Position numbers and translations under genes: made by a program. This document shows, one piece after another, positions 9,605 to 19,563 of a stretch of DNA of 64,000 nucleotides. The first letter of the stretch is position 1; each line of letters starts with the position of its first letter. The notes beneath the pieces are model-generated. The model was not told the origin of the DNA and ran no database searches. It saw only the letters and a program-made list of their open reading frames with translations. Origin of the DNA: Candidatus Hecatella orcuttiae (GTDB lineage: Archaea; Thermoproteota; Bathyarchaeia; Hecatellales; Hecatellaceae); the NCBI GenBank assembly GCA_002011035.2, contig MTLY02000002.1:288001-352000 (forward strand). The letters run 5' to 3'.

Positions 9605-10093
9605 CTACAGCTTGTAGCCCAAGGTCCTCAGAAATTTTTTCCTAGCCTCCGCGTCCTCCTTCTGCTCTATTCCCTTGGACTTGTAGCCGTCGACGACGCC
9701 TAGAATGCCCCTTCCCTGCTCGGTTTCGGCGACGATGACCTCCACGGGGTTGGCGGTGGCGCAGAAGATGGAGCAGACTTCAGACACTCCCTTGATGGCG
9801 TTGAGCACGTTGATGGGGTAGGCCTCCTTCAGGAAGATGAGAAAACTGTGGCCGGCTGCCAGCTTGAAGGCGTTTTCCGCCGCCGCCTTCTTCAGGGAAG
9901 CGTCGTTGCCTTCGCTTCTCACCAAGCAGGGGCCGGAGCTTTCGCAGAAGCCCACTCCGAACTTGGCTTTGGGAGCGGAGTTCACCACAGCCTCGTAGAG
10001 GTCTTCCACGGTTTTGATGAAGTGGGCCATTCCCAAGATGAGGTTGCAGCCTTCTGGGGTTTCGATTTTGACGATTTCAGTTTTCACACCCAA
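9605..10093 (-). CDS. Adenosine-specific kinase family protein (DUF355)
   Basis: [36 protein letters not shown]. Confidence 0.9.
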   Translation of the reverse strand: MGVKTEIVKIETPEGCNLILGMAHFIKTVEDLYEAVVNSAPKAKFGVGFCESSGPCLVRSEGNDASLKKAAAENAFKLAAGHSFLIFLKEAYPINVLNAIKGVSEVCSIFCATANPVEVIVAETEQGRGILGVVDGYKSKGIEQKEDAEARKKFLRTLGYKL

Positions 10094-10211
10094 CCCTCCA
10101 AGGGGATGTTTCCTCTACCTGAGCTAAAAAATTATCCCGCCCTTTTTTTGCTTGATAAAAAACCGTGGACGCGGGGTAAGGGCGGATTTTCCCCTGGTTT
10201 CTTCAAGGGTG

Positions 10212-10580
10212 TTAGAAGTATAGTACCGCGTCGGCGTCTAGGACTAGGTCGTTTAGGGTTGCTGCTCCCACTATTTTGGCGTAGTCCACCACGTTTCCGG
10301 GGGTAAGCCCCAGAAGCTGGCAGCTTTGGTCGCAGACCATCAGCTTCACTCCCGCCTTCACAGCCTGGTCCATGACCTCCTTCAACGAAGGGAAGCTTCC
10401 CAGCTTCACCTTTTCAGCTTCTCCTCTCTGAACCACGGTCACGCCTTTTATGAGGAAGTATACAGTGGCATCCAAGCCCATGGCCACAGCGGTGGTGGCT
10501 AGGATGAAGGGGGCGTAGGTTCTTTCAGGAGTATCCAAACCGCTGGTTTGAACGTAGAGCACCTTTTTCTTTTCCGCCAA
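10212..10580 (-). CDS. DsrE family sulfur-relay protein
   Basis: APFILA..A.AMG, YF...GV, VC.QS, GAATL. Confidence 0.85.
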   Translation of the reverse strand: MAEKKKVLYVQTSGLDTPERTYAPFILATTAVAMGLDATVYFLIKGVTVVQRGEAEKVKLGSFPSLKEVMDQAVKAGVKLMVCDQSCQLLGLTPGNVVDYAKIVGAATLNDLVLDADAVLYF

Positions 10581-10598
10581 ACTTTTTCACCTCCCTTT

Positions 10599-10853
10599 TT
10601 ATGTCTGCTTCGTCTTTTTTATCAAAAAATGGATCTCCCGCCCTGTCTTCCACAGTCGAAGAAGCTGATGGCCTAGTCTTCGCAGGAGACTTTGGATGTC
10701 TTCCTCGCTGGCCGGGTCGTCGGCTATCACCTCCAAGGTTTCTCCCACCGCCATCGAGTCCAGTTCTTTTCGGGTTCGGAAGACGGGTTCAGGGCAGTAG
10801 AGGCCTACGAGGTCTAGAATTCTCCGCGGGGAGTTTTGGGTTGACTCAGTCAA
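10599..10853 (-). CDS. tusA: TusA/SirA family sulfur carrier
   Basis: LDLVGLYCPEP, ADDPAS..DI. Confidence 0.9.
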   Translation of the reverse strand: MTESTQNSPRRILDLVGLYCPEPVFRTRKELDSMAVGETLEVIADDPASEEDIQSLLRRLGHQLLRLWKTGREIHFLIKKTKQT

Positions 10854-10994
10854 GCCGATGACCTATGATAAAAATTATAACACCGTTATTTATGACTTCT
10901 TTCCAAACCTCCGAAACCCCCTTCTTTCCAAATTCGCCTAGGGGGAGTCCTTTCCCTGAAAGAGAGGAGGAAAAAAATATATTGAAGGTTTTCG

Positions 10995-11027
10995 TTATAT
11001 AAACACGTCTATGTTAGGTGAGCCTAA
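10995..11027 (+). promoter_or_regulatory. feoB promoter (TATA box TTATATAA) with DtxR/IdeR-type operator TTAGGTGAGCCTAA at 11014..11027
   Basis: Palindrome TTAGG-N4-CCTAA just downstream of the TATA box; the operon encodes a DtxR-family repressor. Confidence 0.75.
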
Positions 11028-11082
11028 GTCCTTTGAACGCCCACCTCAAAACCAGTAACCCCCAGAGGAAAGGTTCCCCCTG

Positions 11083-13089
11083 ATGCACCGCCATACCTGT
11101 CACGGCAGCGCCCCTCCCCCCTCTTCGAGAAAAGGCTTGAAGAAAATAGCCTTGGTGGGCAATCCCAACGTGGGGAAGAGTGTGGTCTTCCACAGCCTCA
11201 CCGGCGCCTACGTCACCGTCTCCAACTACCCGGGGACAACCGTTGAGATAGCTCGGGGGAAAATTCGCATCGGCAGAACGGAATACGAGGTCATAGACAC
11301 CCCGGGCATGTATTCGTTCATTCCCCTCACCGAGGAGGAGCGGGTTGCCAGGACGGTTCTCCTCCGGGAAAAACCCGACCTAGTTCTGCAGATAGCGGAC
11401 GCCAAAAACCTGGTGAGGATGCTTCCTCTGACCTTCCAGTTGATGGAGGTAGGTCTCCCCGTCATCCTCGTCCTCAACATGATGGACGAGGCTGAAAAGA
11501 TAGGGGTCAAAGTCGACCCCCAGCGCTTAGAGGAGCTGCTGGGCATTCCCGTGGTGGCCACCGTGGCCACAACCGGACGGGGCATCGAGGAGCTGAAGGA
11601 AAGAATAAGAGTCTTCCGCGGAGGCGGGAAAGAGGGAGCTTCCTCCATTCTCGACTACAGTGAGCCTGTAGAATCTGCTTTAGGCGACATATGCGCCTTG
11701 CTGAAGGCGGAGTACGGCTTTCCCAAGCGAGCTGTAGGTCTTTTGCTTTTGCAGGGAGATAAAGAAATAAGGGAGCAAGTCAGGAAGGAAGAGCCCCGAG
11801 ACGGTTACAGCCGAATTGAAGAGCTGGTGGGGAAGACTCAGGCTCACTTCGTTCACCCTTTGGGCTACCATATAGCCTTGAGAAGATTCGACGAAGCCAC
11901 TTGGATGGTGGCCCAAGCGTCTATGCCACCTTCCCGGGAGATGAGGCTGACCTTGTCGGAGCACCTGAGCCGGTTGACGATGAATCCTTGGACCGGCAGC
12001 CTCATTCTCTTGGCTGTTCTGTATTTCGGCATCTACCAGTTTGTAGGCGTCTTCGGAGCGGGGGTGCTTGTGGACTTTCTCGAAGGCCGCATCTTCGAAG
12101 GCGTCGTCAACCCCCGCATTACCGCTTGGGTTGTGAGGAGCATCCCCTATGCTACGGTTCAGGATCTGCTGGTGGGCGAGTACGGGGTCATAACCCTAGG
12201 TGTGAGGTATGCGGTGGCCTTGATTTTACCCATCGTAGGCACCTTTTTCATCGTTTTTTCGGTCATCGAGGATGTGGGCTATCTCCCCCGCTTGGCCATG
12301 CTCATCGACAGGGTTCTCAAAAGGATAGGCCTCACCGGGAGGGCGGTGATCCCCTTGGTTTTGGGCTTGGGCTGCGACACCATGGCCACCATCGTGACGA
12401 GAACCCAGGAGACTCGGAGGGAGAGGGTGATAGCCACCTTGCTGATGGCTTTGGCCATCCCCTGCTCCGCTCAGCTGGGGGTTATCTTGGCGATTTTATC
12501 CGGGAAGCCTACGGCTTTAGTCCTCTGGGCCGGGACAATTCTCCTAATATTTGTTTTAGTCGGGTATTTGGCTTCAAAGCTTATACCGGGGGAGAAGCCC
12601 AGTTTCTTCTTGGAGATCCCCCCGCTGAGAATGCCGAGGCTGGGTAACATTTTGACCAAAACCCTCGCCCGGATGGAATGGTATTTCATGGAGGTCTTCC
12701 CCTACTTCCTCCTAGCCAGCGTCCTCCTCTGGGCAGGTCAACTCACAGGGGTTTTCCAAGCGGTGATCGCCGCCCTGCAGCCGCTGGTGCAAGCCATAGG
12801 ACTGCCTCCAGAGGCGGCGGTGGTGTTTCTCTTCGGCTTTTTCCGGAGGGACTACGGAGCAGCCGGCCTTTTCGACCTGCAGCAGGCAGGTCTGCTGTCC
12901 GGGGTTCAGCTGGCGGTCTCCGCCATCACCCTCACTCTCTTCGTACCCTGCATCGCCCAGTTTCTGGTGATGACTAGGGAACGAGGGTTGAAGACGGCGT
13001 TTCTCATAGCTCTCTTTATTTTCCCCTTCGCCTTCACCGTGGGTTTCACCGTGAACTTCGCCTTAACGGCCTTGGGGGTTCAAATATGA
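11083..13089 (+). CDS. feoB: Ferrous iron transporter FeoB
   Basis: GNPNVGKS, NYPGTT, DTPG, NMMD, GYLPRLA, PCSAQ, PCIA; multi-TM C-terminus. Confidence 0.97.
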   Translation: MHRHTCHGSAPPPSSRKGLKKIALVGNPNVGKSVVFHSLTGAYVTVSNYPGTTVEIARGKIRIGRTEYEVIDTPGMYSFIPLTEEERVARTVLLREKPDLVLQIADAKNLVRMLPLTFQLMEVGLPVILVLNMMDEAEKIGVKVDPQRLEELLGIPVVATVATTGRGIEELKERIRVFRGGGKEGASSILDYSEPVESALGDICALLKAEYGFPKRAVGLLLLQGDKEIREQVRKEEPRDGYSRIEELVGKTQAHFVHPLGYHIALRRFDEATWMVAQASMPPSREMRLTLSEHLSRLTMNPWTGSLILLAVLYFGIYQFVGVFGAGVLVDFLEGRIFEGVVNPRITAWVVRSIPYATVQDLLVGEYGVITLGVRYAVALILPIVGTFFIVFSVIEDVGYLPRLAMLIDRVLKRIGLTGRAVIPLVLGLGCDTMATIVTRTQETRRERVIATLLMALAIPCSAQLGVILAILSGKPTALVLWAGTILLIFVLVGYLASKLIPGEKPSFFLEIPPLRMPRLGNILTKTLARMEWYFMEVFPYFLLASVLLWAGQLTGVFQAVIAALQPLVQAIGLPPEAAVVFLFGFFRRDYGAAGLFDLQQAGLLSGVQLAVSAITLTLFVPCIAQFLVMTRERGLKTAFLIALFIFPFAFTVGFTVNFALTALGVQI

Positions 13090-13268
13090 AGTGTCCTCTC
13101 TGCGGCTGCGAATGCGGAGAAAGGGAAGAAGCCGCGGCGTGTAAGGGTTGCCCCTTAGCCCTCGGGGATGCTTGCAGCTTGGCCAGGTGTCCGCGGTGCG
13201 GCTACAGCTTCCCTAGGGAGTCAAGGCTTTTGAAAAAACTCAGGGGTTGGAAAAGCGGATGGAAATAA
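13086..13268 (+). CDS. Small Cys-rich FeoB-associated protein (60 aa, 8 Cys)
   Basis: ATGA overlap with the feoB stop; CPLCGCEC, CKGCP, C...CPRC. Confidence 0.75.
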   Translation: MKCPLCGCECGEREEAAACKGCPLALGDACSLARCPRCGYSFPRESRLLKKLRGWKSGWK

Positions 13269-13981
13269 GTGAGCCAGCGGAAGAGGTTTTGGAAGCCCTT
13301 TGGACGGTGCTGGAAAAGAAGAACGCCTCCTCCACAGCCCTCCAAGACATCGGATTTAAGAGGGGGGACAGAGAAGTGGAGGAGCTCTTTAAGCTAAATC
13401 TGATACGCTCGGTTGACGGGGAAGTGGAGTTCACCGAGGAAGGCCGGAAGCTGGCGGAGGACATCGTTAGACGGCATCGGCTGGCGGAGCGGCTTCTCGT
13501 CGACGTCTTGGACCTTAAGGGAAAGCTTGTTGAGGAAACTGCCTGCAAGTTTGAGCACCTCCTCCGAGACGGTGTGGACGAACATATCTGCATCCTCCTC
13601 GGCCATCCGAAGATATGCCCCCACGGCCTGCCTATTCCTCCCGGGAGATGCTGCGAGAAGGAGGAGGAGGCCACGGGGAGAATCATCTGCCCTCTCTCCG
13701 ACCTCAAACCTGGGGAAGGGGGGAAAATAGCCTACATCTACACCTCAGACCGGAGGAAGCTGGAGAGACTGATGGTCATGGGGCTTCTGCCGGGAAGCCC
13801 GGTTACCCTCATCCAGCGTAGTCCCTCCTACGTTTTCCAAGCAGGCCAAACCCAGATAGCAGTGGATGAGGAGATAGCCAACAGCATCTACGTGCGCATC
13901 GTGGAAGGGGAAACCAGTCCGGAAAAACCTCCCACGCGGGGCCGGCGGAGGTTCCGATTCGGCCTTCGCAAAGGCTGGTAA
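13247..13981 (+). CDS. DtxR/MntR family metal-dependent repressor with C-terminal FeoA domain
   Basis: RRHRLAERLL.D, ACKFEH, CPHG.PIP, FeoA L..MGLLPG. Confidence 0.93.
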   Translation: MEKRMEISEPAEEVLEALWTVLEKKNASSTALQDIGFKRGDREVEELFKLNLIRSVDGEVEFTEEGRKLAEDIVRRHRLAERLLVDVLDLKGKLVEETACKFEHLLRDGVDEHICILLGHPKICPHGLPIPPGRCCEKEEEATGRIICPLSDLKPGEGGKIAYIYTSDRRKLERLMVMGLLPGSPVTLIQRSPSYVFQAGQTQIAVDEEIANSIYVRIVEGETSPEKPPTRGRRRFRFGLRKGW

Positions 13982-14025
13982 AACTTTTTACTTCAAACCC
14001 CCTAGTAAAAAGGGGGGGCAGCGGT

Positions 14026-16230
14026 TTGAGCAAGACTCTAGGCTGGCTGGCTTCCAGTTTCCTAGTCTTCACCTTCGGTTACACCTATCTTTTACCCCAG
14101 TCTTTCGAGATGCTGGCCGCTTGGTTGGCGCCTCTCCTAGGGCTGGGTTTGAGAACAACCCTGGTTAGCCTTTACCTTCTCTACGGAGACCCCTTCCGCG
14201 ACGTTTCCCTACTGGCCGCCTGGCTTTCCGCTGCCTTTGTAGGGGGGCTCATAGCCCGAAGAGGCCTGCGGGGAATAGGCGTCGCTGTTTCCACCTACTC
14301 CGCCATCCACGCCATCCTAGGCCTCAGCGTTTTAGCTGTTCTCCAAACCCTCCAACCCGCCTTGGAAGCGGGACCCGAAGGTCTGAGGCTGCCACCTGTG
14401 CCCCCCGGTTTCTCTTTCCCAGCTTTGTTCAACGCCCCCGTGGTCGGCCCGGGGCTTCGCTTAGCTTTGGACATGCTCGCGGCAACCCAGCCTTTCGACC
14501 CCAAGCTAATCTTGGAGGCTGTGGGTGAAATGGTGGTGGTAAACGCTGTGAAGGTCCTCGCATTGGCCTGCGTTGCTGGGTTGGCAGGCGGACTGCTGGG
14601 CGGCTTCCTAGCCAAAAAAGCCTCTGGCCGTGGCGGGTCGGAGGCCGCTGGCTTCCCTGCCTCCAAGGCGTTGGCGTTGATTCTACTTTTGACCTTGACG
14701 GCTTCAACCTCCCTCATTCCTTTGGGTTCAGCGCAGGCTTCTCCCTTCAAACTGGAGGCCTTGGGCGGGCTAATTTCTTCCGACGGCTCCGTGGCCGTGG
14801 CCTCCGCCCTGGTGGCTTCGGAGCTTAACCTAGGCGTTCAAACCCCGAACCCGCAGTTGGACGGTCTCATCCTAGCCATACTGCTCACCCAGTCGTTTCC
14901 CCCAGATAAGCTGCCTTCCCTGCCTTTAGAAGGACCTCTACCTCTCTCCGGCGGGTGGCAAAGCCTTTACGCCGCGGCGCCTCCGACTGTGCTCGTCGTT
15001 GTGGAGGAAGCTTTGGGGGAGGGCGGAGAAGCCGGGGCTGCCCCCGCGCTCAGCTCTCAGCTTTCCGCCTACTTCAACCTCCCTCTAACCTATTTGACCG
15101 CGGTTCCCTTGGATTGGGCAGACCGAGCCTATCGGGTCGCTGTCTACTGGAGCGAAGCCTCTTACACGGTTTCCGAGGAGAAACTAATGGGGGTTCTCGC
15201 CCAAAACCCAGAAGGCTTCGCCTCCTATGTTTACGATGTCTACCGAAACGGAACCTTCACCCCCGGCTCTCAGCCTTGGAGCGCCGACGGCAGCCTGGTT
15301 GCCGTGGGATTGGTCAACGCCCCCAAGGCCTTGCAGCTTCTAGAGGAAGGAGGCTTCCTCGGTCAGGCGGTGGTAGGTTTAACGTCGGAACAGGAGCCTT
15401 TAGGCAGTTTAATCCGCTCCTTCACCCAAGCTTCTCAGCCTGTTCCTTTCTTCTTTCACGTTTCCTTCTGGGAGCGCAGCCTTCATTCATCCCCCCAGCA
15501 GCACACTTTCAACCTCTTCAGCTTCCTGAGAAACTCCAAGCCTCCCACCGCCGCATCCGACTCCCATGCCTCTTTCTTCTTCATAGCCGCGCCCTCCGCC
15601 GTTGAGCCTGCCCCGGGTTGGCTGGTTTTGGAGGAGGGGGCGGTTTTGAAACTTCTCAGGCCGGGGGAGCCTCTCTCCGAAGCGACGGTGAGTTTCGAGC
15701 GAGTCTTCCCCGCCGACTTGAAGGTTTCAAAACAGGTGGAGCCGGTTTCCTTGGAAGAGGGAGACTTCGTCCAAGTTCGGATTGAAATCCGCAACGAGGG
15801 CTTAACTCCCGTCTTCAACCTTCAACTCGACGACTCTGAAGCCTTGGAAAACTACGGCTCCGCGGTCAGGCTGGTGGACGGCTCCCTGAAAGCGGAGTGG
15901 GCTCAGCTGGAGGGAGGCACCGCGGTGGTTCACACTTACACCCTGACCCTGCGAAACCTAGGCGTCTACACCTTCCAACCCGCGGAGGTAAGCTATGTTT
16001 ACCGGGGAGAAAACTTTGAAGCCGCCTCCAACGCAGCCTCCGTCGAGGTTGAACCGCCGGGGGTCTTCCAAGTCTGGGGAACAGGCATTCTCTTCTCTTG
16101 GAAATTAGCCGGGAAGACGATAGACGCTTTCCTACCCGGCTACGGAAGCATCCTCGCCACCCTAGCATCCGCCGCCGTCGCCGCGGCCATCGTCTACTCT
16201 GTCTTCCGCAGCTTTAGAAGGAAAAAATGA
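14026..16230 (+). CDS. Large membrane/surface protein: N-terminal multi-TM block, extracellular region, DUF11/BatD-like Ig domain, C-terminal TM anchor
   Basis: Hydropathy pattern; LKVSK.V....GD.V.V.I.I.N.G motif; ends in TM + RRKK. Confidence 0.75.
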   Translation: MSKTLGWLASSFLVFTFGYTYLLPQSFEMLAAWLAPLLGLGLRTTLVSLYLLYGDPFRDVSLLAAWLSAAFVGGLIARRGLRGIGVAVSTYSAIHAILGLSVLAVLQTLQPALEAGPEGLRLPPVPPGFSFPALFNAPVVGPGLRLALDMLAATQPFDPKLILEAVGEMVVVNAVKVLALACVAGLAGGLLGGFLAKKASGRGGSEAAGFPASKALALILLLTLTASTSLIPLGSAQASPFKLEALGGLISSDGSVAVASALVASELNLGVQTPNPQLDGLILAILLTQSFPPDKLPSLPLEGPLPLSGGWQSLYAAAPPTVLVVVEEALGEGGEAGAAPALSSQLSAYFNLPLTYLTAVPLDWADRAYRVAVYWSEASYTVSEEKLMGVLAQNPEGFASYVYDVYRNGTFTPGSQPWSADGSLVAVGLVNAPKALQLLEEGGFLGQAVVGLTSEQEPLGSLIRSFTQASQPVPFFFHVSFWERSLHSSPQQHTFNLFSFLRNSKPPTAASDSHASFFFIAAPSAVEPAPGWLVLEEGAVLKLLRPGEPLSEATVSFERVFPADLKVSKQVEPVSLEEGDFVQVRIEIRNEGLTPVFNLQLDDSEALENYGSAVRLVDGSLKAEWAQLEGGTAVVHTYTLTLRNLGVYTFQPAEVSYVYRGENFEAASNAASVEVEPPGVFQVWGTGILFSWKLAGKTIDAFLPGYGSILATLASAAVAAAIVYSVFRSFRRKK

Positions 16231-16257
16231 CGGCTCAAGGCTGATTTCCCCCCGACT

Positions 16258-17325
16258 TTAATGGGGAAGCTGGCCTGTTGCCTCAGTTTTCTCCTTGGTC
16301 CACTGGAAAAAGGCATAGACAGTGAGAGTTGCCCAGCCGCCTAGGCCGAAAAGAAAGATGGCTAGGTTCGCTGATGTCGCCCAGCTGTGGAAGGCTTGGC
16401 CGAAATGCTGGTAGCCAAGCCAGAGGAGGACGAGATGGTAGTTGTGAAACCAGTGGACCAGAATGGCGGCCGCCAGCCCATAGATAAGGTAGACGGCGGC
16501 GAAGACGAGGCCGAGGATGAAGGTTAAGCTGACTTTTCCAACCTCCCACTCCGAGCCTGAGAGAATGTGGGCTAGGGCAAAGACGGAGGCGGAGGCCAAA
16601 ACCATGAGCCACTCAGCTCTGCCTATGCCCTTCTGCCAGCCGTAGGCTTCCACATTCCTCAGCCCCACCCTCTTCTTGACGCCTTCAGGATAGAGAAAGG
16701 CGAGGAGCAGCAACCACAATCGGTGGGGAAAAGATGTTTGCCAAAATTTCCGCCATCCCTCCCACAAAACCAAAGCCGCCACCACAGCGCCCAGAGGAAC
16801 CAGCCTGAATCCTATTTCCTCGAAGACAGCGGCATAGGATGCGGAGAAGAACAGCAGGTAGGGGTTGGCTACCTCCAAGCCTCCCGTGGGGACTCCGTGG
16901 GCTTCCTGAATGCTTTCTATGAAATTTTCCGCCACCAGCAGCATGCTGGTCAAGATGGGAAACAGGTAGAGGTAGTTTTTGAAAGACCGGGTTAAGGGGT
17001 GGGAAAAACTGAGCTTCACCGCCTGGGGAAAGCTTAAGCCGGGGCCCTTCCACGCGACGATGAAGCAGAGGATGAAAACAATCCAGAGGGCTAAGAAAAC
17101 GAAGCCCACGGGAAGAGGGCTGGGAACCAGCACTTTGAAAAAGAGCAAGTCCACCTTAGGGACAACCCGCCGGGCAACGTCTAAACCGGCTGGGGTGAAG
17201 AAAAAGAGGAAGAACCCCAACCCCAAGGACCACAGGTAGGTGGAAAGATGGAAAAGAATCCCCGCTGCCACCGTTCCAGCGCAGAGTTTTTTCAGAAATC
17301 TTTCAGGATTGAAGCCTAAACCCAA
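16258..17325 (-). CDS. CPBP (CAAX protease-like) intramembrane metalloprotease
   Basis: EEIGFR, FALAH, HWFHN motifs. Confidence 0.9.
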   Translation of the reverse strand: MGLGFNPERFLKKLCAGTVAAGILFHLSTYLWSLGLGFFLFFFTPAGLDVARRVVPKVDLLFFKVLVPSPLPVGFVFLALWIVFILCFIVAWKGPGLSFPQAVKLSFSHPLTRSFKNYLYLFPILTSMLLVAENFIESIQEAHGVPTGGLEVANPYLLFFSASYAAVFEEIGFRLVPLGAVVAALVLWEGWRKFWQTSFPHRLWLLLLAFLYPEGVKKRVGLRNVEAYGWQKGIGRAEWLMVLASASVFALAHILSGSEWEVGKVSLTFILGLVFAAVYLIYGLAAAILVHWFHNYHLVLLWLGYQHFGQAFHSWATSANLAIFLFGLGGWATLTVYAFFQWTKEKTEATGQLPH

Positions 17326-17460
17326 GATGTTCCACCTAATCTTAGCGGAAAACCATTATAGGCATTTCGCTGTGAAATGAAAGATTTGAAAGAAGCCTCT
17401 TTAGGGCATCTTTCAGCCTTAGAAAAGTTTATTACCTAAAATCTCCATGAAACTCCAAAA

Positions 17461-17679
17461 TTGGCAGGTGAACTAAAAGTGGTTGAAGTCAAAGTTGACT
17501 GGAGCAAATGCAACGGCGACTCCATCTGCGTGGATGTTTGTCCGGTTTCGGTTTTTGAGATGCAAGATGTGGAAGGCTACGAAGGGAAAAAATCCGTTGT
17601 AGTCAACAACGACGCCTGCATCGTGTGCAGAGCCTGCGAGGTTCAATGCCCCACCCAAGCCATTGTGGTCACAGAATAA
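17461..17679 (+). CDS. fdx: Dicluster ferredoxin with Asp in the first cluster motif (7Fe-type)
   Basis: [12 protein letters not shown] and [12 protein letters not shown]. Confidence 0.92.
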   Translation: MAGELKVVEVKVDWSKCNGDSICVDVCPVSVFEMQDVEGYEGKKSVVVNNDACIVCRACEVQCPTQAIVVTE

Positions 17680-17824
17680 GCTGGGCTATCTTTTCCAAGA
17701 CAGCCCTCAAACCAGAGGTTGGGAGGAGGCTGAGGGAAACAGCTGGTTTTCCAGCTTTAAGGCAGGTTTCTCCGCCCTCTATCCCGCCTATTTTACATAA
17801 ACAATTTTAACCGGTTTTCTTGGG

Positions 17825-19285
17825 TTAAACCTGTTTGCGGCTTAGAATCTCCACGAATTTCTCCGCACCCTTCGGAGGCTTCGTCAGGAAGCTCACCGCG
17901 AGGAAGACTATTGAGCTGCAGAGGATCCCCCAAACTCCAGGCCAATGCCCAAGAGGAAAGGTGCGGGTAAAGTAGAGGAAGCCTACCACGGCGATTCCGG
18001 CTAGGATGCTGGACACAGCTCCCGCGGCTGTGGCCCTCTTCCAGAAGAACCCTCCTAAAACCGCGGGGACAAACTGTAGCAGGCCTGCGGAAGACATGAC
18101 TGAAAGCTCTACAAGTAATCCCGCGGGGCGAATGGAGAAAGCTACGATGACCGCTGCCATGATCAGAATGGTAGCTCGACCTACTCTCAAGCCTCCCAGC
18201 TCACTAGCTTTCGGCCTCAGACCCTTGTATAGGTCAACAGCTGTCATGGAGCTCAAGGACAGGAGAATGGAGTCCACTGTTGAAACCGCTGCGGCCAAGA
18301 TTCCCACCATGACCAGCAGGGCTAAGGGAGCGGGCACGAGGGTGAGAAGCGACGGCATGGCCAAATCCGGGTTAGCCAAATCGGGCAGCAGGATTTTAGC
18401 CGCCAACCCCAGCATGGTTACGATGATGGTGTAGGTGAAGCCGAAGACGAGGAAGCCTCTGAACATGTTCTTCAGGGACCAAACCGAGTTGGGGACGAAA
18501 AACCTCTGAACAACTTGGGGGTTGGTGATAGAGAAGAAAAACCAGGGGAGAGTCAAGCCTAGAAACTTGGGGAAGTTAAAAAACTTCCCGGGCCCCGGCA
18601 CCACCAGCAACTCAGGATGCTCTGTTTCGAGGGCGGAGAAGAAGCTTCCGAAGCCTCCTAGGCCTATCTGGATGACAAAGAAGAGGAGAATAAGGGCTAG
18701 GGTGATCATCATGGAAGCCTGCAAGGCATCCGTCCAAGCTACAGCCCTCATGCCACCCCACCAGGTGTAAGCGGCGATGACGAAGCCCATGAAGAGCACC
18801 CCGGCGATGAAAGGTATCTGACCGCCAGAGAGGGTGCTTATCAGGTAGGCGGGGCCGACCAACTGCACCGACATGTAGGGAACGAGGAAAACCAAGCAGG
18901 CGGCAGCCATCACCACCGCGGCGAATCTGTTCTCATACCGGTCCCCCAAAAACTGGGCGGGGGTTACGTAGCTTCTCAGCCTGCCGGCGGCGTAAAATCG
19001 AAGGCCCACCATCACCGCTACCATCAAACCCATGAGGTAGATGAGCTCAAAACCCAGAGCTCCTACGCCTCCCACGTAGGTGAACCCCACGAGGCCCACC
19101 ATCATGAAAGCGCTGTAGGTTGTGGCGCTGTAGGTGAGGGCGGAAACCGTGCCCCCCAGCCTCCTACCCGCTATGAAATACTCCTCTAGGCCTTTGCCCG
19201 TTCTCATGCGGCCGTAATGGGCGATGAGGAAACTGGCGGTGAAGAAAACGCCTATGGTGAGGTAAATCCACCCTGCGGAGACCAA
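17825..19285 (-). CDS. Sodium:solute symporter family protein
   Basis: YFIAGR, ATTYSAF, GGMRAVAWTD, AAAVSTVDS. Confidence 0.93.
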   Translation of the reverse strand: MVSAGWIYLTIGVFFTASFLIAHYGRMRTGKGLEEYFIAGRRLGGTVSALTYSATTYSAFMMVGLVGFTYVGGVGALGFELIYLMGLMVAVMVGLRFYAAGRLRSYVTPAQFLGDRYENRFAAVVMAAACLVFLVPYMSVQLVGPAYLISTLSGGQIPFIAGVLFMGFVIAAYTWWGGMRAVAWTDALQASMMITLALILLFFVIQIGLGGFGSFFSALETEHPELLVVPGPGKFFNFPKFLGLTLPWFFFSITNPQVVQRFFVPNSVWSLKNMFRGFLVFGFTYTIIVTMLGLAAKILLPDLANPDLAMPSLLTLVPAPLALLVMVGILAAAVSTVDSILLSLSSMTAVDLYKGLRPKASELGGLRVGRATILIMAAVIVAFSIRPAGLLVELSVMSSAGLLQFVPAVLGGFFWKRATAAGAVSSILAGIAVVGFLYFTRTFPLGHWPGVWGILCSSIVFLAVSFLTKPPKGAEKFVEILSRKQV

Positions 19286-19286
19286 G

Positions 19287-19478
19287 CTAATCTTCCCACC
19301 TTGAAATCAGAGAAAACATGGAGACTATGGCGACCAGCGCCAAAACCGCCCAGAACAAGTAGGCTCCGTAGATGCGGGGGAAATCCGCCAAAACCGTATA
19401 GGGTACAACGTAGGCCAAGGCTAAAAGGGCGACGAACCAGCCGAGCCACAGAAGCCGGGCTCCCGGCAAAGGGGTCAC
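19287..19478 (-). CDS. Small 2-TM symporter accessory protein (DUF3311/DUF485-like)
   Basis: Two TM helices directly upstream of the SSS gene. Confidence 0.75.
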   Translation of the reverse strand: MTPLPGARLLWLGWFVALLALAYVVPYTVLADFPRIYGAYLFWAVLALVAIVSMFSLISRWED

Positions 19479-19563
19479 AACCTTTCAAAAGTATTTTCAT
19501 TACTAAAAGTGGAGCCAGATATTAAATATTTCGACATCCAAAATATAGGATGAGCTGAAGCCT

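Noticed and set aside
10877-10889. SurR-type box upstream of tusA-dsrE (ATAAC-ACC-GTTAT)
   Set aside because: The orientation is AAC-N3-GTT rather than GTT-N3-AAC; a short palindrome in an AT-rich promoter that I cannot assign
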